From a virus (Duplodnaviria; Caudoviricetes), in the IMG/VR virus record IMGVR_UViG_3300028275_000007: a stretch of DNA of 64,000 bases. One strand, given 5' to 3'. Position 1 is the stretch's first letter. The number at the start of each line of letters is the position of its first letter. Positions 30,382 through 40,604 of the stretch are shown here, piece after piece. The notes beneath the pieces are model-generated. The model saw only the letters and a list, made by a program, of their open reading frames with translations, was not told where the DNA came from and did not search any database. A program made the translations under genes and the position numbers.

Positions 30382-30408
30382 GAATACGTTGTATAATCTT
30401 TTTAAAGA

Positions 30409-31584
30409 TTAAGCAAAACGTAGGTTTGCAGATGTAACATCAACAAGAGCCAAGTAGTCAGCAGCATTACCTAGAGATGATGCTGTGTTTGTTAACTCAA
30501 CATAACCGTATCTGGTCATGAAAGAAACTACTGGTTCAAATGTAGATGGATCTAATACAACACCGCTGCTCATCAATGGAATGTATGGGCAGTAGAATGC
30601 TGCTGCGTCAGACTCGGAAGTACCTTTGTAACCAATCAATACTTTGTCGTCTTCTGCGTATGTGTTTACATACACTTTCATTGCGCTGTTCAATGTACCA
30701 ACGAACTTGGTGTTTGTTGGAGCTTCGAAAGTGCCTTCTGTAGTGCGAGCAAAAGCAGAAGTTGTAGCAGACTGTAATAGTGTTAATACAGTTGGTGATA
30801 CAACAGCCCAGTTACCTGCGCCACGACGTGTACGTTGTGCGATCAAGTTAGAAGCACGGTTGATTTGAACAGCTAGAGCAGCGTGTTCGTCACCAACGAA
30901 TGTAGCTGTACCAGAAACTGCTGCTTGGTCGTATGTTAATACGGCTGTACCAGCTAGTGTCTTCAAGCTACGTAGAACTTCTTGATCAATCTCAGCTGTG
31001 ATCTCTTGTGCAAGAGCAGCCATGATTTCTGCTTCGATGTCAATACCTTGTTGGGCTTGTGCATCTTGAGCAGCTTCAAATGTCCAGCGAGCAGACAACT
31101 TACGTGTCTTAGCTTCGACTGTTTGTTTCAAGATTTGAATGCTTAGTCTGTTACCTGCTACGCCTTCTAAAGCTGCTGTAGAAGCTGCCTTATCAGAACC
31201 AGATACACCAGAATAGCCTTCAGCAATCTTGAATGGGCTTAGTGCCTCATCGCCAGCTGTAGTGTTACCACCAGCAGAACCACTGAATGTGTCGCTGTAG
31301 CGAACACGTAGAGTATGGATCTGACCAACTGGGCCTGTCATTGGTTGTACACCAACTAGTTCATTAGCAATGACTGTTGGCATTACACGTCTGATCACAG
31401 GTAGGATCACACGATTTAGGGTTGCAACGTTACCGGCGGAAGTAGCACCAGCTGTAGCACTCTCTGCCAAATACTTGCGGGTATTCTCTAGAGTAGTTGC
31501 CATAACTGTACGCTTGTTACCTTGTAGGCCTTCTAATAGAGCCTCTTTAGTTTCCGACCAGCGTGACTCGAGTAGTTGTGACAT
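30409..31584 (-). CDS. gp23: Major capsid protein, T4 gp23 family, 391 aa
   Basis: VIRRVMPTVIANELVGVQPMTGPVGQIHTLRVRY, VEAKTRKLSARWT.EAAQD, EIMAALAQEITAEIDQE, FYCPYIPL, FMTRYG. Confidence 0.96.
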   Translation of the reverse strand: MSQLLESRWSETKEALLEGLQGNKRTVMATTLENTRKYLAESATAGATSAGNVATLNRVILPVIRRVMPTVIANELVGVQPMTGPVGQIHTLRVRYSDTFSGSAGGNTTAGDEALSPFKIAEGYSGVSGSDKAASTAALEGVAGNRLSIQILKQTVEAKTRKLSARWTFEAAQDAQAQQGIDIEAEIMAALAQEITAEIDQEVLRSLKTLAGTAVLTYDQAAVSGTATFVGDEHAALAVQINRASNLIAQRTRRGAGNWAVVSPTVLTLLQSATTSAFARTTEGTFEAPTNTKFVGTLNSAMKVYVNTYAEDDKVLIGYKGTSESDAAAFYCPYIPLMSSGVVLDPSTFEPVVSFMTRYGYVELTNTASSLGNAADYLALVDVTSANLRFA

Positions 31585-31595
31585 ATTTGTTCTCC

Positions 31596-32690
31596 TTAAA
31601 CTTTAAGTCCCGCAAGCCTGCGGATGTCAAAAATTTCTGCGGTTTTTTCTTCTTTACCGCTAGATTGTGGTGCCTGTTTATCGCCTGTAATTTCTTTAGC
31701 CTCTGAGAGTACTTTCTTCGCCGGTGTACCGCCATTCATTACTGCTGGCATATACTTGTCGAAAGCTGTACGTAGCTTTTCAGTTTGAACTGATTCTAAT
31801 AGACTGCTCATTACTTCACGCTTATCTCCAGTCAACGGGCCTAGCAATTCGCTCATAACTTCCTTGCGTTGGTTGTTTTCTTTGATAATACGTAGTTCAC
31901 GTTCTTTGCTTTCTACTAGTGATTGTGCTTCTGCAACAACTTTTGCTGCTTCTTCTAGCTCTGCTTCTTTGGTAGCAACTACCTTTAGAAGTTTTGCTGT
32001 TTCAGATTTCTCATTTAGGTGAGATGCAGCATACTCGCTTGCGAAAGATTCAAAAATTCTGCGACCAAAGTCATTTCTACGAGCTGCATCAATGTCTTCA
32101 CGTAGTTGAGACATTTCAGTGCGTAGACCGCCCTGAACTGTTTCTGCAACCATTGTAGAAGCTTTGCTAATAAATTCTTTCTTGAGAGATTCGAACTTAG
32201 CCTTAGACTCACGTACTAAACGTACTTTAGTTTCAGCTAGGTCTTTCTTATCTGTGTGGAATTCTGCGATTTCTTTCGCTAGAGCATCCACAATAAAAGA
32301 TTCTAGTTTAGCAACATTGTTGGCAACTTGCTTACGATCTTCGTGTAGTTCTGCAAGTTCTTTCTTAAGATTTGAAAGAACAAATGATTCCATTGCTGCG
32401 GAATCGTCTTTCATCTTTTGAACATAACGAGCACGAGCTTCAATTAGACCTTGGCGATCTTCTGCAAGTTCGCCTAATTCTGCTTGTAAACGATCAGTTA
32501 GCATAGCTTCAACAGCTTCTACCATTGCTGATTTATCGTGTTCGTATTTTTGTGCAAATTCTTCACGTAGTGTAGCAGTGACTTGCTCACGGTTTTCTTG
32601 AATTCTGCTTTCCCAAGCAGTTTCAATTTCCGATTTGATTTCTTCGGAAATCACATTGTTTTCGAACAATTGTTTTACGATGTCTAGCAT
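31596..32690 (-). CDS. gp22: Prohead scaffolding protein, gp22-like, 364 aa
   Basis: Glu/Lys-rich coiled coil lying between the protease and capsid genes, as in T4. Confidence 0.85.
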   Translation of the reverse strand: MLDIVKQLFENNVISEEIKSEIETAWESRIQENREQVTATLREEFAQKYEHDKSAMVEAVEAMLTDRLQAELGELAEDRQGLIEARARYVQKMKDDSAAMESFVLSNLKKELAELHEDRKQVANNVAKLESFIVDALAKEIAEFHTDKKDLAETKVRLVRESKAKFESLKKEFISKASTMVAETVQGGLRTEMSQLREDIDAARRNDFGRRIFESFASEYAASHLNEKSETAKLLKVVATKEAELEEAAKVVAEAQSLVESKERELRIIKENNQRKEVMSELLGPLTGDKREVMSSLLESVQTEKLRTAFDKYMPAVMNGGTPAKKVLSEAKEITGDKQAPQSSGKEEKTAEIFDIRRLAGLKV

Positions 32691-32706
32691 TGTGATTCTC
32701 CTACTG

Positions 32707-33332
32707 TTATTTGAGTCCAGCGATTATTCGCTTAAGACCCTCTGCTAAGTATTTTTGTGCCTGTGGTCGCCTTTAACTTCTTGTGCAATTCTATAAGCCT
32801 GATAGCCACCTGTGTTATTCATTAGGTGTTCATAAACTGGTGTTGGATAAGCGCCTGGTGCGCTAGGTTGAGCAACAACGTCAACTGTAATAATTTCAAA
32901 CCCGTTAACTTTTCCTTCGTTATCAACTTCACCTGATCCACGAGAGGAAACGCCAAGTTTAACTCCTGACTCCAACATTGTCTGTACTAATTGACCCATT
33001 GGAGTTGGGAGGATTTTAAGTTTTCCGTAGCCGTTAGGACCATCCATCCACATCTTGGTAATCATATGACTAACACGATCTAGATTGATTCTTAAATCCT
33101 GCGGGTGATCAACTTCGCCTAGCACTGAATATCCGCCAGCGATCTGTTCGTTGAGAGTCTTGACAGCCCTGCCAATTTCTTGAGAAGAATAAACACGTTG
33201 ATTTGCATTGCGAATGTCGCCCTGAATGCAAATCCCGTTTAGATAAAGGCTCTTACTCGAGCCTTCACCTTCACTCTCAAGGACAATCTTAGCCTGGTCG
33301 AAACTCAAATTTTCTGCTAGGGTAGATCTCAC
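32707..33332 (-). CDS. gp21: Prohead protease gp21, with an apparent 1-nt frameshift near the 3' end
   Basis: GELDH-like GEVDHP, NANQRVY, KLGVSSRGSG, DVVAQPSAPGAY. The annotated frame stops at TAG 32745; the -1 frame continues QAQKYLAEGLKRIIAGLK to TAA 32707. Confidence 0.88.
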
Positions 33333-33344
33333 GTTAGTGTCCTA

Positions 33345-34181
33345 TTATCTACGACCACGGAAAAGGCTTTGCTTGTTGTCAGCTGATTCTTTTGCACCAG
33401 CTTTCTCAGCACCGTGTCCTGGCTCTTTCTTGCTAAAAGCATTTCCTGCTTTGCCGCCTGGCACGTTAATATTACCAGCGTTGTCTTCTGTTGGCTTTTG
33501 CTTGATTAAGCTAGAACCTTGCAATTGGCCTTTGTTTGCTTCAACGCCGCTTTCTGTTTTGCTTTGAGCGATGTTAGAAGCTGTACCGCCCATATCATTC
33601 TTACCAGCTACGATTGACTTGGTATTTGCACCGTTATCACCCATTTTTGCTGGAGCAACTTTTTCTACGTATTCACGAACTGTTTCTAGATCGTTGATAT
33701 CGTCTTTCATTTCTTCGTCGTCACCGCCCATTTCGTCACCGAAATCGTCGCCGTGTTCTTTACCTTCAATACCTTTTAGCTCGTCAAACTTAGCTTGTAG
33801 CTCGTCAACAATAGATTCTAGGTCTTGAAACAATTCTTCTTCGCCCTTTTCTGCTGGCTCTTCTTCCCCGTCCATTTCGCCTTCTAGGTCGTCTGTTGGG
33901 TCGCCACCAAATTCTGGCATATCGTCACCGCCTTCAATTGCGATGTCTTCAAAGTTTTCGTCGACTTTGTCTTCTTCAGCATCTTCATCAGAAGCTGCTT
34001 CTTCCATATCTTCGTCGTCTTCGTCTTTTTCTTCTTCTTCAGCAATTTCGCTGTCGATCATTGATTCATAAATTTCACGTGATTGTTGTACAACGTAATC
34101 GTGAAATAATTCTTCTGCTTTGGCTTGATCGCCTTCAACAAGATGTGACAACATCTGTTGCAATAATGTTTTATCTGCCAT
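33345..34181 (-). CDS. Acidic prohead core protein (gp67/gp68-like position), 278 aa
   Basis: Very Asp/Glu-rich N-terminal half; lies between the portal region and the protease. Confidence 0.65.
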   Translation of the reverse strand: MADKTLLQQMLSHLVEGDQAKAEELFHDYVVQQSREIYESMIDSEIAEEEEKDEDDEDMEEAASDEDAEEDKVDENFEDIAIEGGDDMPEFGGDPTDDLEGEMDGEEEPAEKGEEELFQDLESIVDELQAKFDELKGIEGKEHGDDFGDEMGGDDEEMKDDINDLETVREYVEKVAPAKMGDNGANTKSIVAGKNDMGGTASNIAQSKTESGVEANKGQLQGSSLIKQKPTEDNAGNINVPGGKAGNAFSKKEPGHGAEKAGAKESADNKQSLFRGRR

Positions 34182-34218
34182 GTTAAAATCTCCTCAAGAT
34201 GGTTTTAGGCTGTGTTTT

Positions 34219-34226
34219 TATTTACT
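34219..34226 (-). promoter_or_regulatory. Late promoter variant (AGTAAATA)
   Basis: TAAATA core in the gap upstream of 33345..34181. Confidence 0.5.
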
Positions 34227-34246
34227 ACGTAGATTAAAAAACTACG

Positions 34247-34903
34247 TTAAATGATAGTTTTTTGATCGTTTTCATTTGAATATATAGTTCCCGGGAACGT
34301 TTTTTCAAAATCTTTAAAATTTATATGGGTTAAATTAGTTAGTGCAGGTCCCAATTTATCTGGAATAAATGCACCATCTTGTATTACCCTAAAAAAATTA
34401 ATGTGTCTAAACTCCTTTATAACTTTTTCTGTTTGACTAAGCCAATTTCCAAAGTACGTAGGTGCGTCTGTTGACTTTTTATAATTGTATGTATCTGCGT
34501 ACACATTATTAAATTTTCCCTCTAATCCTTGATAATCGAACCCAAAAATGTATATATCTTTGTGTCCTTGTGTACAGGCTAACCATAATGCGGTAGGCCC
34601 TGAACTCCAGCCTTTATGAGGGTTAAAAAAGTTAATATGATGTTTAGTTTGTACACCTTTGTTAGGATTTGTCCATACTTGATGAGTTTTGTGATAGCCC
34701 GATGATATAATTTCATTGACCATTTTAACATCAACAGCTATTAGATAGTGAGGTTCATACTCTCTATACTGTGCATTACAGCCGTAGACAACTCCTTTAG
34801 TAAGTAAGGATTCTGGATTTATTGTTAATCGACTTGTACCGTTACCTAGAACAAAGGCCGGATTATTGTGGTGGAGCTGCTTCTTCGCCAACTGGTGTTC
34901 CAT
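34247..34903 (-). CDS. Maf/DUF115/CstII-like (GNGxS motif) putative glycosyltransferase, ~218 aa
   Basis: AFVLGNGTSR...VYGCNAQYREY.P.YLIAVD...WSSGPTAL..A...GHKDIYIFGFDY. Start codon uncertain because it overlaps the upstream gene. Confidence 0.6.
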   Translation of the reverse strand: MEHQLAKKQLHHNNPAFVLGNGTSRLTINPESLLTKGVVYGCNAQYREYEPHYLIAVDVKMVNEIISSGYHKTHQVWTNPNKGVQTKHHINFFNPHKGWSSGPTALWLACTQGHKDIYIFGFDYQGLEGKFNNVYADTYNYKKSTDAPTYFGNWLSQTEKVIKEFRHINFFRVIQDGAFIPDKLGPALTNLTHINFKDFEKTFPGTIYSNENDQKTII

Positions 34904-35114
34904 ACATTTGTCTAATAAAACCCAGTTCAGACTCTTCTTCCATTTGATGCGCTTCTGATTGAAGTCGCAATTGATTAATTTGACGTAGTGTCAAGCGAAT
35001 TTTTCTATTATCTGTTAACTTAAGAATAGACTTATCTCTGCTAGAGTCGTATCTACGATCATTAGCAAAGTCGTTGTTTTTTTCGTTAAAATAAAAAAAT
35101 TCGTTTAGAAGCAT
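34863..35114 (-). CDS. Small head-module protein, 83 aa (MLLNEFF...)
   Basis: Start moved to ATG 35114, just after the portal stop; basic RKIRLTLRQINQLR segment. Confidence 0.7.
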   Translation of the reverse strand: MLLNEFFYFNEKNNDFANDRRYDSSRDKSILKLTDNRKIRLTLRQINQLRLQSEAHQMEEESELGFIRQMYGTPVGEEAAPPQ

Positions 35115-35118
35115 AATG

Positions 35119-35126
35119 TATTTATT
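35119..35126 (-). promoter_or_regulatory. Late promoter variant (AATAAATA)
   Basis: Overlaps the portal stop, 4 nt upstream of ATG 35114. Confidence 0.4.
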
Positions 35127-36828
35127 ACTGAACTGGTGCTTCTGCTGGAGCAGCTTCACCTTCGGCTCCTGGTTCGGCTTCAGCAGCCATATCAGGACTA
35201 GCTTCTGCTGATTGTCCAGCTAGGTCTGCTGCCATTCCTCCGGGAGTAATGCCTGCAGATCTTAATTGACTCTGAGAATCCGGTGTTGCCTGTAGAGTAT
35301 CGCCGTTTTCTTCTCTCCAAAGTTTTTCGTTTTCTTTGATCTCTTCCTCGGTCATTCCTAAGAATCGCTTCATAGCAAAACGTTTACTTAGATGAGGAAT
35401 TTGAACAACTTGACTGAATGTTGCTGCTCTTGCTGTGTCAAGTTCTGATTGACGATAAGCAGCAAAGTTTTGTGGTGAATTAAATTTTAGCTCAAATAAA
35501 CTATTATCAATGTTAATACCGTTGTTGTTTAACCAAAGTTTAAATTCTAGATCAAATGTTTCTACAATCATAGATTGTAAACGTTTGCAGTACTCGTTAA
35601 AACGTAATTCTTGAATATACGCTGTGCCTACTTTACCATCAGAGATGTTGTTAGGCTGTTCATCAATGGCAGTAGGAAGGTATGAAGCAGGTATACGCAA
35701 AGCCCTAAAGAGCTTGTTAGTAAAATAACGTAGGTCAGTAATTTCGCCAAGGTTGGTACCTCCAGGTAGTGTTTCAACTTTAGAACCACGACCTTCAGCA
35801 GTTTGTGGGAAGAAGTAATCTTCGTTTACACTTAGTGGATTATAACTAGCGTCTATAACGTTATTTCCACCGCCGGTTGAACTAGGAATACGTCGTTGTT
35901 GAATTTCATTTTTAACCCGTTCAACAAAGCTCATAGCCATATGCGCTGGCATATTTCCAACGTCTACATAGAAAATACGTCTTTCTGGAGCACGTTGTAT
36001 ACGATAGATAATAATAGCATCTTCAAGCAATTCTTTCTGCTTGTAGACTTTAAATACTGATTCTAGAATACTATTACCAAAAGGATAATTTGTATCTAAA
36101 CCTTCTGATAATGAAATATGGACTACGTGTTTTGCATCAACTGTGATTTCGTTTTGTGCATTACTAAAACGTGTGCCAGGAGGCTGTGCTGCTGCACCAA
36201 CCATCCCTCGGCCAAAGCCTCCGCCGGATGTGTAAGAGCTTGAACCACTAGGTGATGTGTTAGTTGTATTGTGTGGTGTTGTAGCAATTAAATTTACAAA
36301 ATTAAAGTTAATATCTTTAATTCCGTACTGCTCAGGAACTTTACCTTCGCTTTCGTTAACAATAATTTTATTAACCTTAGAAGGATCAACATATAACCAT
36401 TTTTGAGTTTGTGGATCTCTAACAAAGAAACAATCTCCGTATTTTAATGTGTTACGGAAAATACGGAAAATTCTAGTTTCAAACTGCTGTTCTTTAACCC
36501 ACTTTTGTAGTGCGTCTTTTAAAATTTTAACTTCGGTTGAAGTAGGCGCACCTTTAAAAAATGTCTGGAATGGTGTGCGATTTTCTTTATCTTTTTGTGT
36601 GCAAAATTCTGCAAGAATATCAAGTGCAGCATTAACTTCACTGTCCATATCCATTGTATCGTATTGCATATATTTTTCAACACGGTTTGGACTACCTGCA
36701 TAAACATCCGGTAAAAAGCTAGAATAATTTGCTCTAGCAGGACCCGGACGGCCACGGCCCGAAATTGGGCTCATTGAACCTCCGTTGTTGCTAACATTAA
36801 CAGGTGTAAAGTATTTTTTCCAACTCAT
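35125..36828 (-). CDS. gp20: Portal vertex protein gp20, 567 aa
   Basis: MDMDSEVNAALD, LLEDAIIIYRIQRAPERRIFYVDVGNMP, EDYFFPQTAEGRGSKVETLPGG.NLG, LFRALRIP.S. Confidence 0.95.
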   Translation of the reverse strand: MSWKKYFTPVNVSNNGGSMSPISGRGRPGPARANYSSFLPDVYAGSPNRVEKYMQYDTMDMDSEVNAALDILAEFCTQKDKENRTPFQTFFKGAPTSTEVKILKDALQKWVKEQQFETRIFRIFRNTLKYGDCFFVRDPQTQKWLYVDPSKVNKIIVNESEGKVPEQYGIKDINFNFVNLIATTPHNTTNTSPSGSSSYTSGGGFGRGMVGAAAQPPGTRFSNAQNEITVDAKHVVHISLSEGLDTNYPFGNSILESVFKVYKQKELLEDAIIIYRIQRAPERRIFYVDVGNMPAHMAMSFVERVKNEIQQRRIPSSTGGGNNVIDASYNPLSVNEDYFFPQTAEGRGSKVETLPGGTNLGEITDLRYFTNKLFRALRIPASYLPTAIDEQPNNISDGKVGTAYIQELRFNEYCKRLQSMIVETFDLEFKLWLNNNGINIDNSLFELKFNSPQNFAAYRQSELDTARAATFSQVVQIPHLSKRFAMKRFLGMTEEEIKENEKLWREENGDTLQATPDSQSQLRSAGITPGGMAADLAGQSAEASPDMAAEAEPGAEGEAAPAEAPVQ

Positions 36829-36831
36829 AGT

Positions 36832-39669
36832 TTATGCTCGATATAAGTTTCCAGACAAACTCTTAGTAGCATTGATTTGTTCATATGTGTTTGTTGTAGT
36901 CTGAGCACTTAGTTTAAGTAATTGTCCCATCTTAGTATTTAATTCCGCAAGCAGGGTTTCTGCTGATTCTTGAGTAGGTCCTCGTTCTTCAGCTCTTTTC
37001 TTTTCTTCTTCTTGTTTGGCTTTAGCAGCGGCTTCTTCCTCTGCTTTCTTAGCGGCTGCTGCACGTTGAGATTCTTTATCAGCTTCTATTGCAGTTTTGG
37101 CAGCATCTGCTTTTGCGGATGCTTGTTGTTCTCTTGTAGTAGGACTAGCGGTTTTAGCAGCATCTGCTTTTGGCACTAGGGCACTACCTTCTCTTGTAGC
37201 GTATTGTTTTAATAGTTCTTCTGGACCGGCTGTATAATCTACAGATGCTTGTTCAGCGGCCTTAGCAGCGGCTTCTCTACCTGCAAGTTCTTTTTTGGAT
37301 AACTTATTGTTAGCTTCAGTGAAAAGTTGTTTTTCAGCAAATTTTTTCTTTTCAGCTTTGACTTCTGCAAGTTGAGTTTGGATTTTTGCATCTTTCTCTT
37401 CTTTGGCAGCTACCAATGCTTCGTCTCTGGCTTTGGCTCTAGCTTCTCTGTCTTTTTTACGCTGTTCGTAAACTTCGTCACTCATTCCGCCAAATCTATT
37501 TGGAATTAAGTTTAAGATTTTGTCTATCATTGCTTCAAACCCATCATTTAGGTTTGCAAATATTGCCTTAATTCCTTCTACACTAAAATATTTTCTAAAT
37601 GTTTGCCAAACATCAGATATAACTTCACCTAGTGTTTTAAAATACTTAGAAACCGTTTCCGATTTCATAACAACTTCATTGAACCATTTATAAACATCTG
37701 TGGCAGTATCTATTACCCACCCGAGTACTGCGCCTAGGATTTTAAATGCATCTCCTACTACCTGTCCAACTTCGAGTATAGTTCTTTCTAACCAATCAAG
37801 ACTCCCTACTAACTCGTTGCCGCTGGTAAAAATATCAGTTACAGCTTTCCAAAGATTATCTAAAGGTTGCATTAGTCCTGTGACAGCTTCCCATAGGCCG
37901 CCAAAAGCTGTTTCTGTAGCTTTGACCACACTACTCAAAATACCAAATAACCAGTTTAATCCTTCGTCTACAAGATCTATAGCACCTTTAAAACTTTCAA
38001 ATTGAAGGCTAACACCTTCTAATGTTTTGCTTATTTTTTGAATAATTGGTTCAAATATTATTTTAAGACCAAAGCCTATTTTTTCAAATAGTGCGCCTAC
38101 GACTGCAAATACCGGAGGTAACACTCTTGTTAGAATATCAATTATTGGTCTAAATCCTGCATCTAATGCTTTGAGAGCAGGAGCCAGTACTCCTGTAAAT
38201 ATCTGTGCAACTAGTTCAACTCCAGAAATCATTAAATCTAAAAATCCACTAGATGCTAGTAGTTCTGTAAAAGTATTACTGATGCTATTAAGCACCTGAG
38301 ACATCTTTTGCATTTTTTCGTTAAAGCCGTCTGTGTTTTTCTTAGTTGACTCTTGTTGTTCGCCCGCGGTTTTAATAGCGTCCTTATTGACCTTATTCCA
38401 ACTTCCTAAGGCTGCGGCTGTTCCTCGCATTTCTTCGCTGGCTGCTGCTGCGTATTTGATATTTTTCAACGATGATGTTGCTTCGGCTCTACCAATATTC
38501 AAACTTTGATTCATTTGCTCTTGAGAAACCTTAACACCTCGTTGTGTTTGAGCGTGTAGGTTGGCAAACTGAGCACCTAGTTGAGGCATTTGAGCTAGCA
38601 ATGCTCGGTTAGCATCTGTAGTAGCAGTTCCGTTGGCAATTAAATCTTTGGCAAAGTCCTGCATTTCTTTGCTAGGCATACTTTGAATTAATGTCATTGC
38701 CGAAGCTTCAACCTCTGGTCCAAGACCTGCCATAGCCGCTCTAAACTGTCCGTCTGCTGCTAATGCTTCTCTTTCTTTTTCTTTTGCAGCACGTTCTTCT
38801 CCAGTTACCTTGGCCAGCATATCCATTTCTTTAAGATAGCTCTTAGCACCTGCTGCTAACTCTGCATTGGACTTTGTTCCTTGAGCGCCTTGGGCTCTTA
38901 ACAACTTACCATAATTTGCAAGACCTTGATTTATTTCCTGTGTATTATATCCTAGAGCATAAAGGTCTGAACTTGTTGTTCTTAATGTTTTAGATACCTG
39001 TGCAAATCTCTTTGAGCCGTCTTCAGTAGTAACACCGAACGCCCCCATAGCTTCACCATTCTTAGAAATTAAAGCACCAAATTCTGCAAGATTCATTCCA
39101 GCTGCTGATGCCGCTGCAGAAAATTGACCTATGCTTCCACCAAAGGTAGCACCAGATGCTGTAGCTTCACCGTAGGCTTTGACCATTTTATCAGCTGCAC
39201 CTGCCACTGCTCCAAACACTTTAGCTAATAATCCGCCAACACCTGGAATCATTGATAATACTTCTGCTGCGGAAGCTGCTGATCCGTCTATTTTAGATAA
39301 TTTTTCTGCGGTGTCTACACCCGATTCTGCAAGTTTTGCCATTTTTCCAACAACAAATCCTGCACCAGTGGCTAATTTTCCAAGACCTCCTACAACTCCT
39401 CCTGCAGCTTTACCAAGGCCAAACATTGTCTTTCCTGCTGCGCCTGCGGCTTTGCTAAAAAACCCGCCACCGCCTCCGGCTGGAGTACCGCCACCGAGAC
39501 CTCCTCCTCCACCAGGAGATCCTCCACCACCAGGACCACCGCCACCACCTCGACCTCCTAATCCACCGCCTTTTATTGCTTTAAGGATTTCTTTTAAGGT
39601 AGCTTCAGTCGCGGCATTTTTGGCTTCAACGTTGCCAATTCCTGGGATATCAATGAATACACCTGCCAT
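36832..39669 (-). CDS. Tape-measure-like protein, 945 aa
   Basis: Long Ala/Gly-rich helical protein with amphipathic central repeats and a charged C-terminal coil; divergent from the tail chaperone pair. Confidence 0.7.
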   Translation of the reverse strand: MAGVFIDIPGIGNVEAKNAATEATLKEILKAIKGGGLGGRGGGGGPGGGGSPGGGGGLGGGTPAGGGGGFFSKAAGAAGKTMFGLGKAAGGVVGGLGKLATGAGFVVGKMAKLAESGVDTAEKLSKIDGSAASAAEVLSMIPGVGGLLAKVFGAVAGAADKMVKAYGEATASGATFGGSIGQFSAAASAAGMNLAEFGALISKNGEAMGAFGVTTEDGSKRFAQVSKTLRTTSSDLYALGYNTQEINQGLANYGKLLRAQGAQGTKSNAELAAGAKSYLKEMDMLAKVTGEERAAKEKEREALAADGQFRAAMAGLGPEVEASAMTLIQSMPSKEMQDFAKDLIANGTATTDANRALLAQMPQLGAQFANLHAQTQRGVKVSQEQMNQSLNIGRAEATSSLKNIKYAAAASEEMRGTAAALGSWNKVNKDAIKTAGEQQESTKKNTDGFNEKMQKMSQVLNSISNTFTELLASSGFLDLMISGVELVAQIFTGVLAPALKALDAGFRPIIDILTRVLPPVFAVVGALFEKIGFGLKIIFEPIIQKISKTLEGVSLQFESFKGAIDLVDEGLNWLFGILSSVVKATETAFGGLWEAVTGLMQPLDNLWKAVTDIFTSGNELVGSLDWLERTILEVGQVVGDAFKILGAVLGWVIDTATDVYKWFNEVVMKSETVSKYFKTLGEVISDVWQTFRKYFSVEGIKAIFANLNDGFEAMIDKILNLIPNRFGGMSDEVYEQRKKDREARAKARDEALVAAKEEKDAKIQTQLAEVKAEKKKFAEKQLFTEANNKLSKKELAGREAAAKAAEQASVDYTAGPEELLKQYATREGSALVPKADAAKTASPTTREQQASAKADAAKTAIEADKESQRAAAAKKAEEEAAAKAKQEEEKKRAEERGPTQESAETLLAELNTKMGQLLKLSAQTTTNTYEQINATKSLSGNLYRA

Positions 39670-39697
39670 TAGTTATTTTTCCTGGGTAAAATGCGCA

Positions 39698-39705
39698 TAT
39701 AAATA
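39698..39705 (+). promoter_or_regulatory. T4-type late promoter (TATAAATA)
   Basis: Exact consensus upstream of the gp26-like gene. Confidence 0.7.
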
Positions 39706-39721
39706 GATTAGAGCACTATTG

Positions 39722-39729
39722 TATTTATT
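39722..39729 (-). promoter_or_regulatory. Late promoter variant (AATAAATA), face-to-face with the plus-strand promoter
   Basis: Upstream of the tape-measure-like gene in the 69-nt divergent gap. Confidence 0.5.
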
Positions 39730-39738
39730 GGAGACAAA

Positions 39739-40602
39739 ATGAGTGAGATCACAAACCCTATGCAGTCTAAACGAAATCCTTTGGCAAGTTTTTATAGACA
39801 GCCAAAAATTTATGTAACATTACCTTCTAAAGGAAAGTTTTATCCAAAAGGTGCATTAGATGTAAGTGCTAATGAACAATATGCCGTCTATGCTATGACT
39901 GCCAAAGACGAACTAATGTTTAAAACACCGGATGCTCTATTGTCAGGACAATCAACTGTAGAATTAATTAAAAGTTGTATTCCTGCAATATTAGATCCTT
40001 GGTCAATGCCTAGCATTGATTTAGATTTTGCTCTAATTGCTATTCGTATTGCTACCTACGGAGAAAAAATGGAAGTAGGCTGTAACTGTCCTCATTGTAA
40101 TGCTGAAAACTCTTATGAAATAGATCTTACTTCTTGGTTCCAGGTCTTTAGCAGTTTTAACTACGAAGATAATATTAATATAGATCCGTTAACAGTACAT
40201 ATTAGACCGTACTCTTATAGAGAAATCACTAAAACTAGTATTAAAACATTAGAACAACAAAGAATTTTTAATATTGTCAACGATGAAAGTATGAGTGACG
40301 AAGAAAAATTAGAAAAGTTTGGCAAGAGTTTTGTTAAGTTAACTGAACTAACTGTTGATTTAATTGCAGACTGCATTACTCAAATTGATGCACCGGAAGG
40401 TCCTGTTACAGACAAAACAATAATTAAAGATTTTATCAATAACTGTACCAAAGATATCTTTGATAAAATTGCTGTGCATATTACATCAATGAAAGATCAG
40501 ATTGAATTCAAAGCACAAGATGTTCAGTGCGGTGAATGCACTAAAGAATTTAGTTTGCCAATTACTATGGATCAGGCAAATTTTTTCGGCGTAAAATCTT
40601 AA
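39739..40602 (+). CDS. gp26: Baseplate hub/tail assembly chaperone, gp26-like, 287 aa
   Basis: RQPKIYVTLPSKG, MTAKDELMFKTPDALLSG, DLDFALIAIRIATYGE, CNCPHC and CGEC Cys pairs. Confidence 0.8.
   Translation: MSEITNPMQSKRNPLASFYRQPKIYVTLPSKGKFYPKGALDVSANEQYAVYAMTAKDELMFKTPDALLSGQSTVELIKSCIPAILDPWSMPSIDLDFALIAIRIATYGEKMEVGCNCPHCNAENSYEIDLTSWFQVFSSFNYEDNINIDPLTVHIRPYSYREITKTSIKTLEQQRIFNIVNDESMSDEEKLEKFGKSFVKLTELTVDLIADCITQIDAPEGPVTDKTIIKDFINNCTKDIFDKIAVHITSMKDQIEFKAQDVQCGECTKEFSLPITMDQANFFGVKS
40581..40587 (+). other. Predicted -1 programmed ribosomal frameshift heptamer T TTT TTC
   Basis: In phase (AAT TTT TTC); the -1 frame is open (F-R-R-K-I-L-T) into the ATG at 40605. Confidence 0.65.
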
Positions 40603-40604
40603 CA

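Noticed and set aside
32736-32747. TAG stop-codon reassignment (code 15) suggested by TAG avoidance
   Set aside because: Long ORFs are intact under code 11, and reading through this TAG gives only QRVLSE before a TAA, while the -1 frame gives the plausible terminus.
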